From assembly GCA_964527555.1 (NCBI GenBank), contig CAZGOG010000002.1, forward strand, positions 41,698 through 105,697: a stretch of DNA of 64,000 bases, in the 5' to 3' direction. Source of the stretch: an uncultured Planctomycetia bacterium (GTDB lineage Bacteria > Omnitrophota > Gorgyraeia > Tantalellales > Tantalellaceae). Below are positions 19,234-28,361 of this stretch, piece by piece (within the stretch, counting starts at the first letter, position 1; each line of letters opens with the position of its first letter). Position numbers and translations under genes: made by a program. The notes under the pieces are model-generated. The model saw nothing but the letters and a program-made list of their open reading frames with translations. It made no database searches and was not told the DNA's origin.

Positions 19234-20238
19234 AAGAGCCCGTGCGGCAAGTTTGATGGCCTGCTTCATAGAACCGGCCCTTGCGATACCCTTGCCGGCT
19301 ATATCAAAAGCAGTGCCGTGATCTGGTGAGGTCCTCACATGCCCCAGTCCCAGTGTCATATTGACACCGGTATCAAAATCCACCATCTTAAAAGGCGCAA
19401 GACACTGGTCATGGTACATGGAAACAACGATATCGATTTTTTTCTCTCTCGCTTTATGAAAGATCACATCCGCCGATATGGGGCCCTGGATATTTTTATA
19501 GACAGCTTTAGCCTTCTCGACCGCCGGCAGTATCATATCGATTTCCTCGGTGCCTATCTTCCCCCCTTCGCCGCAATGCGGATTTAAGGCAGAGACGCCT
19601 ATTACCGCATCCTCCTTGCCGCATATGATCTTGCGGTTTTCAACAACCTGTTTAAGAGTCTCCACGATAAGATCCACACTCAGACTGGAGGCGACTGCCT
19701 TTAAGGGAATGTGGCGCGTTACCGGAGCGACGCATAAAGTCTCTCCGGCAAGGACCATGGTAACGTGCGCAGCGGAATACGCTTCCTGGAGATACTCGGT
19801 ATGCCCTATAAAGCCCGGTTTGATCCTGGCCGTCCTCTCCTTGCTGAGGGGCGCGGTAACCAGTGCTGCGCCCGCCCCGCTTGAAGCCTGCATCAGAGTA
19901 ACGGCGCTGGCCAGCGCATCAAGCGCCTTACGGGCGCCCTCCTCGCTGGGAGTACCCGGAACGGTATTTTTTAAAGGAGTGGTGGGATCAATTATGTTTA
20001 CAGCTTCTTCATCTAAAAGGATCTTTCCGGAGGCGTTGTCATGATGCACCTTGATATTGCCCTCATACACACCGGCTGCGGCCCTTTCCATGACGCCGGA
20101 GTCCCCCACAATGACAAAAACGGCAAGCCCTTTGATTTCGGGGCTTGCCATCGCCTTCATGATCACTTCCGGGCCTATGCCGGAAGGATCTCCCATAGTT
20201 ATAAAAATCTGCGGTTTACTTGTAGGAGATATACGCAT
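19162..20238 (-). CDS. pdxA: 4-hydroxythreonine-4-phosphate dehydrogenase
   Basis: 358 aa. FITMGDPSGIGPEV N-terminus and PdxA family fold. The last ~23 codons and the stop are encoded by repeat copy A. Confidence 0.85.
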   Translation of the reverse strand: MRISPTSKPQIFITMGDPSGIGPEVIMKAMASPEIKGLAVFVIVGDSGVMERAAAGVYEGNIKVHHDNASGKILLDEEAVNIIDPTTPLKNTVPGTPSEEGARKALDALASAVTLMQASSGAGAALVTAPLSKERTARIKPGFIGHTEYLQEAYSAAHVTMVLAGETLCVAPVTRHIPLKAVASSLSVDLIVETLKQVVENRKIICGKEDAVIGVSALNPHCGEGGKIGTEEIDMILPAVEKAKAVYKNIQGPISADVIFHKAREKKIDIVVSMYHDQCLAPFKMVDFDTGVNMTLGLGHVRTSPDHGTAFDIAGKGIARAGSMKQAIKLAARALFAHAPEGHARKGVDEWPSVQDSA

Positions 20239-21181
20239 TCTTTCGTTTTTCTTCGATCCACTTGTAAAGGTTCTCCGAGAACTTACGCATATATATCTGT
20301 TCCTTCAGAAAATCGCTGACCTCTTCATATTTCAAGGGACGCTCCTTTTGGATCTCTTCCACCAAAAATATATGATAGCCTATAGGCGTCTCGACTACAC
20401 CCGAAAGCCCGCCCTCTTTCAGCGAAAAGACAGCTTCGTCTATCTCCGGGAGCATGTTCCCGGCTATTATGTACCCCATATCCCCCCCGTCACTGGCATA
20501 GGGACCTTCGGAACGCTCGATCGCCAGGGAAGCGAAATCTTTGCCGCTATTAAGCTCCTTAAGCACTTCGTCTATCTTTTTGCGGCTGTCATCTTCCGAG
20601 CCCGTTCTCTTGCGTATCATGATCCCGCGGACCCTCACCCTTTCGGGGGCCAAAAGCTTGTCCTTGTTTTTCTCATAAAGATCCCGCGTCTCGCCCGGAG
20701 AAATGACGATCTTTGACGCGACTTCTTTCTCGACTAGTTTCTGAGCCAGGGCCTGTTCGCGAAGTTCACGTTCAAACTCCGTCAAGTTAGTGCCTTTTGC
20801 GCTCAACGACTGCAGGAACTCATCTTCACTGGCATAATATGACTTTATCTTATCCATGTCGCTCTGGAATTTTTTCTCGTCTATCTGCACTTTCGCCTGC
20901 TTCGCAAGACTCACCACAAGTTTAGAGCTTACCATCTGCTCAAGCAGGCCTTTTTTGACCGTCTCTAGCTTCTCTTTTAAGTCCTCGCCCTCGAAGCTGG
21001 CCTCGTACTCCTTTTTAATGGGTATATAGAGCCTGTCGAATTCACGCTGCGTTACGACCTCATCGTTGACCACAACAAGCACCTTGTCTACAACAGCCGC
21101 ATGAGAATTTATGCTTGATAAAGCGAGAGACACGCCTATCATCGCAAAAAATAAAACCTTCAGTCTCCTTACACAGTTCAT
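20216..21181 (-). CDS. surA: SurA-like periplasmic chaperone / parvulin-type peptidyl-prolyl isomerase
   Basis: 321 aa. Signal peptide, SurA N-domain (DKVLVVVNDEVVTQREFDR), one parvulin domain (RVRGIMIRK...GDMGYI...PIGYHIFLVEE). Immediately upstream of pdxA-ksgA as in E. coli surA-pdxA-ksgA. Confidence 0.8.
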   Translation of the reverse strand: MNCVRRLKVLFFAMIGVSLALSSINSHAAVVDKVLVVVNDEVVTQREFDRLYIPIKKEYEASFEGEDLKEKLETVKKGLLEQMVSSKLVVSLAKQAKVQIDEKKFQSDMDKIKSYYASEDEFLQSLSAKGTNLTEFERELREQALAQKLVEKEVASKIVISPGETRDLYEKNKDKLLAPERVRVRGIMIRKRTGSEDDSRKKIDEVLKELNSGKDFASLAIERSEGPYASDGGDMGYIIAGNMLPEIDEAVFSLKEGGLSGVVETPIGYHIFLVEEIQKERPLKYEEVSDFLKEQIYMRKFSENLYKWIEEKRKNAYISYK

Positions 21182-21193
21182 AATATATCCCCC

Positions 21194-22090
21194 TTAAACT
21201 TCTTCTTCCGTTTCATCCTTTTCCGTTTCAACCGGCTTCTCTTCTTCCTTGACGGATAGCGCCTCTTCGTTTATCTCGATAACAGTCTCTTTGCGAAGCC
21301 TGGTGAGTAGATCGTTGAAAAGCTGGCGCCTCTTTATGGCCCTTAGCTGCGATTTTATGTTTTCGTCCACCTCGTCTATCGGCCTTAACTGCGGCTGCCG
21401 CCGGTCAGTAAGTTTTATTATATGATACCCGAGTTTCGTCTTTACGACTCCGCTGATCTGGTCTATTTCAAGAGCCGAACAGGCGTTCTCGAATTCCGGC
21501 ATGAGCTGCCCTTTGGGAAAATACCCGATGTCCCCGGCTCTCTGGGCGGTGGGGTCTACTGATTTCGCTCTTGCCATATCCTCGAAACTCGCGCCTGCCT
21601 GGATCTCTTTAAGCACTTCATCGGCATTATCCTGTGACAAGAGGAGTATATGCGAGACCCTCATGATCTCGGGGGTCATGTATTTATCTTTGTTGCTTTC
21701 GTAAAACTCCACGATATCATCGTCGGTTATGACAACGGCATCATCCACCTCGCCCTTCAGAAACCTTGCGATGAGGATCTTTTTGCGGGCCTGTTCTATA
21801 ACCTCCTGGACTTCTTTCTCCTTATCGATATTTTTGCGGAGAGCCTCCTGGTAAAGGAGCGTGTCGTTTATGAGTTCCTGCAGGAACTCATCTTTCCTGT
21901 TCTTGACGATGTCCTGGTACTTTCCCGGGAGTTTTTCGATCATCCTGTTGAAATCCCGTATGGTGATCTTCACCTCTCCCACCGAAGCTATGACATCTTC
22001 CTTCTTCGGCGTTTTGGAACAGCCGAAAAGGCCCATCACCAGGAAAACCGCTAATAGAACGAAAATGGTGCTATTTTTGTTTTTTCTCAT
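21194..22090 (-). CDS. PpiC/parvulin-type peptidyl-prolyl isomerase lipoprotein (PrsA/SurA-like)
   Basis: 298 aa. Lipoprotein signal (LFGCSK), parvulin domain (MRVSHILL...GDIGYFPKGQLMPEFE...KLGYHIIKL). Second SurA-like paralog in tandem. Confidence 0.75.
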   Translation of the reverse strand: MRKNKNSTIFVLLAVFLVMGLFGCSKTPKKEDVIASVGEVKITIRDFNRMIEKLPGKYQDIVKNRKDEFLQELINDTLLYQEALRKNIDKEKEVQEVIEQARKKILIARFLKGEVDDAVVITDDDIVEFYESNKDKYMTPEIMRVSHILLLSQDNADEVLKEIQAGASFEDMARAKSVDPTAQRAGDIGYFPKGQLMPEFENACSALEIDQISGVVKTKLGYHIIKLTDRRQPQLRPIDEVDENIKSQLRAIKRRQLFNDLLTRLRKETVIEINEEALSVKEEEKPVETEKDETEEEV

Positions 22091-22150
22091 GATTATTCCG
22101 CTTTCTTATGTGCTAAATCATTAATATAATAGCAAAATAGCACTTCCTCT

Positions 22151-24055
22151 TCAAGAGTTTTCACTTCCCCTTAGTTTATCGATCTCCAGTTTAAGCAGAC
22201 GGCAATAGAGGTCAAAGCCTACCTGGTCTATGAACCCGCTCTGCTGGAAACCCAATATATTACCGGCACCCCTCATCTCAAGGTCCCTCATGGCGATCTT
22301 GAATCCCGAACCCAGCTCCTGGTATTTCTTTATCGCGCTTAAACGCTGCTGCACTTCATGGGTAAGGCTTGAGAAGTCCCGTACCACCAGATACGCGTAA
22401 GCCTTACGGTCAAACCTGCCGATCCTGCCCCTCAGCTGATAGAGATCCGCCAAACCGAACCGGTCCGCATCATTTATGATCATGGTGTTGGCGTTCGGGA
22501 TGTCTATCCCGGATTCGATGATCGTGGTGCATACCAGTACGTCCACTTCCGCCCTGATAAATTTAAGCATTGTCTTCTCGAGTGTCTTCGAACTCATCTG
22601 CCCGTGCGCCACCAGAAGACGCGCACTTGGCGCGAGCTTCTTGACTTTGGAGGCGATCCTTTCTATGGTCTCAACCCTGTTATGGACATAATACACCTGG
22701 CCGCCCCTGGCCAGTTCTTTCTCTATGGCGCCGGAGATCTCTTTTTCGTCATACTCCATAACTCTGGTATCGACAGGCATCCTTTCCAGGGGAGGAGTCT
22801 CGATCACCGATATATCCTTCCCCCCCATAAGCGCAAGGTACAGTGTCCTGGGTATGGGAGTGGCCGTGAGCGTGAGTATATCGACGTTCACGCGCATCCT
22901 TTTAAGCTTATCCTTGTGTTTTACGCCGAACCTCTGCTCTTCATCGATAATTAAGAGGCCCATATCCTTAAACTTCACGTCGCTGGAAAGCAGGCGATGC
23001 GTGCCGATAACTATATCGACTTTCCCCTCCTCCAGGTCCCTGAGTATCGTGTTCTGCTCTTTCTGCGTACGGAACCGGTTAAGCATCTGGATGTTTATGG
23101 GAAAATCCCTGAGGCGTCTGGTAAAGGTGTTGGTGTGCTGCTCCGCAAGGATCGTCGTCGGAACGAGTATGGCCACCTGTTTATTGTCGATGACCGCCTT
23201 GAACGCAGCGCGCAAGGCGACTTCAGTCTTGCCGTAGCCCACATCGCCCGAGAGAAGCCGGTCCATGGGGCGCGGCCTTTCCATGTCGCACTTAACGTCC
23301 TCCGTCGCTTTCAGCTGGTCGGGTGTCTCCTTATAGGGAAACGCCTCCTCGACCTCTTTCTGCCAGTCGCTATCCTTGGAGAAAACAAAACCGGGCGCGC
23401 TTTCCCTCTTCGCCTGCAGACTCAATAGATCCCGTGCCACCAGCGCGGCCCCCCTGGTGGCGTTTTTCTTGGCCGCTTCCCATCCCTTGCCTTTAAGGCT
23501 GCTTAAGCCGGGTAGCTTCCGGTGAAACGAGATGTACCTTTGCAGTTTGTGGAGGTCGCCGCTTTCAACATAAAGCTTATCCCCGCCTTTATATTCAAGA
23601 ACAAAATAATCCCCGAAGCTCCCTCCCCGGCGCATCCTCTGCATGCCGAGGTACTTGCCTATGCCGTAATCAAGGTGCACTACAAAGTCGCCCGGCTCTA
23701 TATCGACGAAGGAGTCTATCGGCTGCTCGCCCAACTCCACCCGGCCTGCGCGTTTTGACACCTTCGTGCGTCTTAATATGCCGAGCGGCAGTATTATGAC
23801 TCCTCTATGACTGGTGATCGTCTTGAAGGAAACTAGGTCTATGCTCTTTATCGACCGCACCACGCTTCCGGAGATATCTATACGGACCGGATACTCGAAA
23901 GTCACGGGATAGATTATAAGAGTCTCGCCCACCAGGGTATAATCCCCGCACGCTGAGATCCTACGGCACCGCGAATAGCCGTACCGCTCCAGCGTTTTAA
24001 GCGTCTCCTCCGCACTGGCTTTCTCGCCTGTATATAATTTGAGGGAATCAAACAT
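22151..24055 (-). CDS. mfd: Truncated transcription-repair coupling factor homologue (Mfd RID + translocase domains only)
   Basis: 634 aa. RNAP-interacting domain (DFVVHLDYGIGKYLGMQRM), SF2 helicase motifs (LLSGDVGYGKTEVALRAA, DEEQRFG, TLTATPIPRTL, TRG-like). Lacks the ~450-aa N-terminal UvrB-homology module and the C-terminal D7. Only 34 nt separate it from argS. Confidence 0.8.
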   Translation of the reverse strand: MFDSLKLYTGEKASAEETLKTLERYGYSRCRRISACGDYTLVGETLIIYPVTFEYPVRIDISGSVVRSIKSIDLVSFKTITSHRGVIILPLGILRRTKVSKRAGRVELGEQPIDSFVDIEPGDFVVHLDYGIGKYLGMQRMRRGGSFGDYFVLEYKGGDKLYVESGDLHKLQRYISFHRKLPGLSSLKGKGWEAAKKNATRGAALVARDLLSLQAKRESAPGFVFSKDSDWQKEVEEAFPYKETPDQLKATEDVKCDMERPRPMDRLLSGDVGYGKTEVALRAAFKAVIDNKQVAILVPTTILAEQHTNTFTRRLRDFPINIQMLNRFRTQKEQNTILRDLEEGKVDIVIGTHRLLSSDVKFKDMGLLIIDEEQRFGVKHKDKLKRMRVNVDILTLTATPIPRTLYLALMGGKDISVIETPPLERMPVDTRVMEYDEKEISGAIEKELARGGQVYYVHNRVETIERIASKVKKLAPSARLLVAHGQMSSKTLEKTMLKFIRAEVDVLVCTTIIESGIDIPNANTMIINDADRFGLADLYQLRGRIGRFDRKAYAYLVVRDFSSLTHEVQQRLSAIKKYQELGSGFKIAMRDLEMRGAGNILGFQQSGFIDQVGFDLYCRLLKLEIDKLRGSENS

Positions 24056-24088
24056 GGTCTATTCATCCGGAGAAAGAGCTCCGCCCTC

Positions 24089-25783
24089 TTACATCTTCTC
24101 AGGCAGAGTTATATTCAAAAGACCTAACCCGTTCGCCAGGACCGTACGAACGCATTCGACAAGAAATAGCCTCGCCTTTGTCAGCGCAATATCGTCCGAG
24201 ACTACCCTGCATTCGGTATAAAAAGAGTGAAAGAGGCGCGCCAGATCGTTGAGATAGACTATCAGCCTGTTAGGCTCAAGCGCGTCTGCGCTTGCCTTCA
24301 CCGCAAAAGGAAACTCCCCGAGTTTACGCATAAGGGTTCTTTCCTCTTTTGTTTTCAAGAGGTCCAGCCGTTTCTTCCGAAAAAGGAGCTTAAGCGCCTT
24401 TTTGCGGCTGAACTTCTTTATGCTGCAGATCCTTGCATGAGCGTACTGGATGTAATAGACGGGGTTGTCCGTAGATTCTTTCTTGGCAAGATCTATGTCA
24501 AAATCCAGGTGGCTGTCAAGCCTTCTGGAAAGGAAAAAGAACCGTGTGACATCCTTGCCTATTTCATCGATAAGTTCTCTTAAGCTTATAAATTCCCCCT
24601 TACGCGTGGACATGGAAAGGGACTCACCCCCTCGCATGAGGGTGACGAGCTGCACTATTAATATTTCAAGGCTTCCGGCATCGTGACCCAGCGCCTGGAC
24701 AGCGGCTTTCATCCTGCCGATATAACCGTGATGGTCCGGGCCCAGGAGGTCTATGAGTTTCCAGTGATGACGGCGGTACTTGTCAAGATGATAAGCTATA
24801 TCGGGCGCCAGGTACGTATAAGAGCCGTCACTTTTTCTGACGACCCTGTCTTTATCGTCACCGAAACGGGTGGAAGCAAACCATTTTGCCCCGCCGTCTT
24901 CATAGATATAGCCGCCTTTATCGAGCACTCCAAGAGCCTGCTCCACTTCTTTGCGCCCCTCTATATCCGCCTGGCTGGTCCAGGTATCAAATTTGACTCC
25001 GAAATCATCCAGGTCTTTCGTTATGAGATGCATCATGTATTTGACAGCATAATCCCGGAAAAAGTTCCCTTCTTTTTCTGGTTTTTCAAGAAGCGCGCTG
25101 CCCCTCTTCTCTTTTATCTCTCTTGCGATATCGGTAATATACTCGCCCATGTACCCGTCCGGCGGCATCTCCTCTTCTCGCCCGCAGAGATTACGGTACC
25201 GCACCTCGACGGACTTACCGAGAAGCATGATCTGGCGGCCCACATCATTAAGGTAATACTCACAGGTGACTTTATAGCCGTCAAAACGCAGTATACGCGC
25301 CAGGGCGTCGCCTATGGCGGCCTGGCGGCCATGCGCGATAGTAAGGGGTCCCGTGGGGTTGGCGCTTACGAATTCGAGGTTTATGTGCCTTGAGCGGCCG
25401 TCATCTGACCGGCCGAAATCGTCCTTTTCTTCTTCGATAGCTAAAAGAAGCTTCTTGTAATACTCGTCGGAAAACCGGAAATTTATGAACCCGCCTTTAA
25501 CCTCTATATCGCCTATCAAAGCGGATAGATGACTCTTCTCGAGCTCCTCCCGAAGGATAGCTGTGATCCTGGAGGCAACTTCAGCCGGGGCTTTGCGCAC
25601 CAGCGAGGCCAGACGCATCGCCACATTACTGGTCAGATCCCCGTGTTTGGCATCACGGGTAAGCTCCAGAAACACCCCTATATCTTCCGGGAAAGGCGCA
25701 TCGGGCAGGTTTTCGCAGAAATACTTTTTTGAGGATTTTAAGAGGGCTTCCGTTATTTTTTTTGAGACGTCTTTTCCAAGCAT
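24089..25783 (-). CDS. argS: Arginine--tRNA ligase
   Basis: 564 aa. N-terminal Arg_tRNA_synt_N, HIGH-like HGDLTSNVAM region, DALR anticodon-binding domain at the C-terminus. Confidence 0.9.
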   Translation of the reverse strand: MLGKDVSKKITEALLKSSKKYFCENLPDAPFPEDIGVFLELTRDAKHGDLTSNVAMRLASLVRKAPAEVASRITAILREELEKSHLSALIGDIEVKGGFINFRFSDEYYKKLLLAIEEEKDDFGRSDDGRSRHINLEFVSANPTGPLTIAHGRQAAIGDALARILRFDGYKVTCEYYLNDVGRQIMLLGKSVEVRYRNLCGREEEMPPDGYMGEYITDIAREIKEKRGSALLEKPEKEGNFFRDYAVKYMMHLITKDLDDFGVKFDTWTSQADIEGRKEVEQALGVLDKGGYIYEDGGAKWFASTRFGDDKDRVVRKSDGSYTYLAPDIAYHLDKYRRHHWKLIDLLGPDHHGYIGRMKAAVQALGHDAGSLEILIVQLVTLMRGGESLSMSTRKGEFISLRELIDEIGKDVTRFFFLSRRLDSHLDFDIDLAKKESTDNPVYYIQYAHARICSIKKFSRKKALKLLFRKKRLDLLKTKEERTLMRKLGEFPFAVKASADALEPNRLIVYLNDLARLFHSFYTECRVVSDDIALTKARLFLVECVRTVLANGLGLLNITLPEKM

Positions 25784-26136
25784 TTATCGTCAAACCGTTC
25801 TACAGGAACATCCGACCAGAGCCGTTCCAGTCCGTAAAAATCCCTGATCTCTTTATTAAAAACATGGACTACGACATCGTCGTAGTCCAAAAGAACCCAA
25901 TACGGGTTTCGTCTTCCCTCCACATGCAGGGGAAGAATATGCGTTTTTGACAGTTTTTCCTGAATTGCTCTGGAAATGGCACCTATCCTGCGGGAAGAAC
26001 TTGCTGAGACCAGGACAAACCAGTCAAAGATGCTGGAGAGGCCGCGCATATCCATAAGGATTATATCCTCTCCTTTTTTCTCAGCCGCAAGATGTGCTAT
26101 TAATCTCGCTTTATCCAGCGCTGTTATCTTTTTCAC
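25753..26136 (-). CDS. rsfS: Ribosomal silencing factor RsfS (Iojap)
   Basis: 127 aa. IILMDMRGLSSIFDWFVLVSASS ... DYDDVVVHVF, the RsfS/Iojap signature. Same operon as nadD. Confidence 0.85.
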   Translation of the reverse strand: MKKITALDKARLIAHLAAEKKGEDIILMDMRGLSSIFDWFVLVSASSSRRIGAISRAIQEKLSKTHILPLHVEGRRNPYWVLLDYDDVVVHVFNKEIRDFYGLERLWSDVPVERFDDKCLEKTSQKK

Positions 26137-26217
26137 CGATAATCGTGTTGAAAGTTAAAGTGTTCCTTTGATATCAAAATAAACGTTTTTTAAAAACACG
26201 TCTGCTGAAGATGCGCA

Positions 26218-26361
26218 CTATTTGCCGAGGATCCTGTACATGCCTGTACCGCAATCCGGGCATTTGCCTTTCACAGCTTTTCTGCCGTTCTTCATAGTGA
26301 CTTCTTTGGCGTCTTTCATCTCTTTCTTAGCCTTACATTTTACGCAGTAACCCTGTGCCAT
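26218..26361 (-). CDS. Small C4 zinc-ribbon protein (47 aa; DUF5679-like)
   Basis: Not in the ORF track (<60 aa). Minus-strand ATG at 26361, stop at 26218. Translation MAQGYCVKCKAKKEMKDAKEVTMKNGRKAVKGKCPDCGTGMYRILGK (CxxC...CxxC). Strong SD aaggaggtg 6 nt upstream. I recall this pattern from memory as a conserved small-protein family; the name DUF5679 is uncertain. Confidence 0.7.
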   Translation of the reverse strand: MAQGYCVKCKAKKEMKDAKEVTMKNGRKAVKGKCPDCGTGMYRILGK

Positions 26362-26457
26362 GAGTAACACCTCCTTAGATTTTAACAAAAAAATTCAACG
26401 AACCAAGTTTATCATAATGAAGCTGATATTTCAAGCTCATATATATTATATTAATTA

Positions 26458-27033
26458 TCATTCCCTGTAAAGACCCTTTTTCCGTATATAGCTGACCACT
26501 TTATCCGGGACAAGATAATCTATGGGCTGGCGGTTATGTATACGTTCCCTTATATTAGAAGAAGAGACCTCTATATTAGGTATAACTATCCTGTGTATGA
26601 GCCCCTCATACGCGCTTTCCTCACCCCACCCGGGACGGGTCGCAACGACAAAAGTGGAAAGTTTAAGGATCTCATCGGGATCCTTCCACATGGAAAGGCT
26701 TTCCGCCGAGTCGGCGCCGCTGAGAAAGAAAAGTTCCGCTCCCTCATTATACTTTTCCTTAAAATACTTTATCGTGTTGACCGAGTATGACTTAACTTCG
26801 GAATCCACCTCATATGTCGAGACCTCAAACCTGTCGTCGCCTTCCAGGGCGAGCCGGACCATGTTGACCCTGTCCGCGACGGTGGCATCGCCCTCTATTT
26901 GTTTATGCGGGGGCATATACGCCGGGATAAAATACACCTTATCCAGAGCTAAATGGTGCCAGCATTCCTGCGCCAGTACCATGTGCCCCAGATGTATAGG
27001 ATTAAATGTACCGCCAAGCAGGCCTATCCTCAT
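26458..27033 (-). CDS. nadD: Nicotinate-nucleotide adenylyltransferase
   Basis: 191 aa. GLLGGTFNPIHLGH (HxGH nucleotidyltransferase motif). Conserved obg-proB-proA-nadD-rsfS order. Confidence 0.9.
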   Translation of the reverse strand: MRIGLLGGTFNPIHLGHMVLAQECWHHLALDKVYFIPAYMPPHKQIEGDATVADRVNMVRLALEGDDRFEVSTYEVDSEVKSYSVNTIKYFKEKYNEGAELFFLSGADSAESLSMWKDPDEILKLSTFVVATRPGWGEESAYEGLIHRIVIPNIEVSSSNIRERIHNRQPIDYLVPDKVVSYIRKKGLYRE

Positions 27034-27061
27034 ATATCCCCTCTCTTATCCTTATATCCGG

Positions 27062-28321
27062 TCAGGTCCTTATTTGACCGGCGCCATGAACGATATACTT
27101 GTATGTGCAAAGCTCTTCCAACCCCATGGGTCCGCGAGCATGGAGTTTGTCTGTGGAGATGCCGATCTCGGCGCCTTTACCGAATTCGCCGCCATCGGTG
27201 AACCTGGTCGAAGCGTTGACGTACACGGCAGCGGAATCCACGTGCTTGGTGAACTCTTTTGCGCTAGAAGCGTTTTCTGTCACAATCGCATCGGAATGGT
27301 TTGACCCGAACTTTGTTATATGGCTGATCGCCTCCTGCAGGGAGTCAACGACCCTGATATTAAGCACAAGGTCGAGCCATTCCGTGGCAAAATCTTCTTC
27401 TGTGGCTTCCTGGACGCCATCACCGAGAATATGGCGGCTTTCGGAGCAGCCCTTAAGCTGCACTCCCGCTTCTTTGAGCCTTTCGGCAATACGCGGCAGA
27501 AACTCCCTGGCTATCTTTTCATGCACGAGCATGGTCTCCATGGCGTTGCATACACCGGGTCTCTGAACCTTTGCGTTATACGAGATCTCTTCCGCCATCG
27601 CAAGATCAGCATCCGCGTCGACGTATACGTGACAGATGCCTTTGTAATGCTTGATCACCGGTACCTGGCTTTTTTCGACGACCTCACGGATCAATGACTC
27701 TCCCCCGCGCGGCATAATGAGATCGATACCGCCTGTTGATTTAAGCATCTCCTCCACCAGCTGGCGGCTGGTGTCTTCTATGAGGATGAACGCGCCTTCA
27801 TCTAAACGGCATTTTGCCGAGGCTTCTTTCAACGCCGCATAAATGGCTTTATTCGAGTTTATCGCCTCACTCCCGCCGCGCAGTATCACGGAGTTGCCTG
27901 ACTTAAGGCAAAGCGCGACACAATCGGCTGTTACGTTGGGACGCGCCTCATAGATTATGCCGATGACGCCTATAGGAACGCGCACCTTCTCGATGATAAG
28001 ACCGTTGGGCCTCTCTCTCTTCTCGAGGACTTCACCTACGGGGTCCTGGAGTTTGGAGACGTCCCGCATCATCTTGCACATGCCGTCTATTCTTTTATCA
28101 TCCATCTTCAGCCTGTCGAGAAAGGCCTTGTTCCTGCCCTTCTCCTCGGCGTTCTTTAAATCTATGGCGTTGGCTTTCTTTATGCCGGCTCTTGACCTGT
28201 CCAGGCTTTCAGCCATGGCGAGAAGTACCTTGTTCTTATCCTTGGTCTTCATGACAGCCAGACTCGCCGCGCCCCTCTTCGCTTTCGAGGTGATATCTTT
28301 CATTATGGTTTTACTGTCCAT
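27062..28321 (-). CDS. proA: Gamma-glutamyl phosphate reductase
   Basis: 419 aa. Aldehyde dehydrogenase fold with catalytic Cys region (NAS TRFTDGGEFG), adjacent to proB. Confidence 0.9.
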   Translation of the reverse strand: MDSKTIMKDITSKAKRGAASLAVMKTKDKNKVLLAMAESLDRSRAGIKKANAIDLKNAEEKGRNKAFLDRLKMDDKRIDGMCKMMRDVSKLQDPVGEVLEKRERPNGLIIEKVRVPIGVIGIIYEARPNVTADCVALCLKSGNSVILRGGSEAINSNKAIYAALKEASAKCRLDEGAFILIEDTSRQLVEEMLKSTGGIDLIMPRGGESLIREVVEKSQVPVIKHYKGICHVYVDADADLAMAEEISYNAKVQRPGVCNAMETMLVHEKIAREFLPRIAERLKEAGVQLKGCSESRHILGDGVQEATEEDFATEWLDLVLNIRVVDSLQEAISHITKFGSNHSDAIVTENASSAKEFTKHVDSAAVYVNASTRFTDGGEFGKGAEIGISTDKLHARGPMGLEELCTYKYIVHGAGQIRT

Positions 28322-28361
28322 ATTTCTTTACCTTTTTTAAAAAAGTCGTTTTCTTCCTCTA

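Noticed and set aside
19111-19329. Small ORF family (M/V)KLHGLTPMASTVSVFPSSG...RRPFIHA...GVAF.CMGK encoded inside the 123-bp repeats (also 43870..44229 and the N-terminus of the long pilQ ORF)
   Set aside because: The frame is broken by a 1-nt indel in copy B and by substitutions in copy D, and the nucleotide variation follows an RNA-pairing (wobble) pattern rather than synonymous-site variation. This is better explained as a structured non-coding repeat than as a peptide gene.
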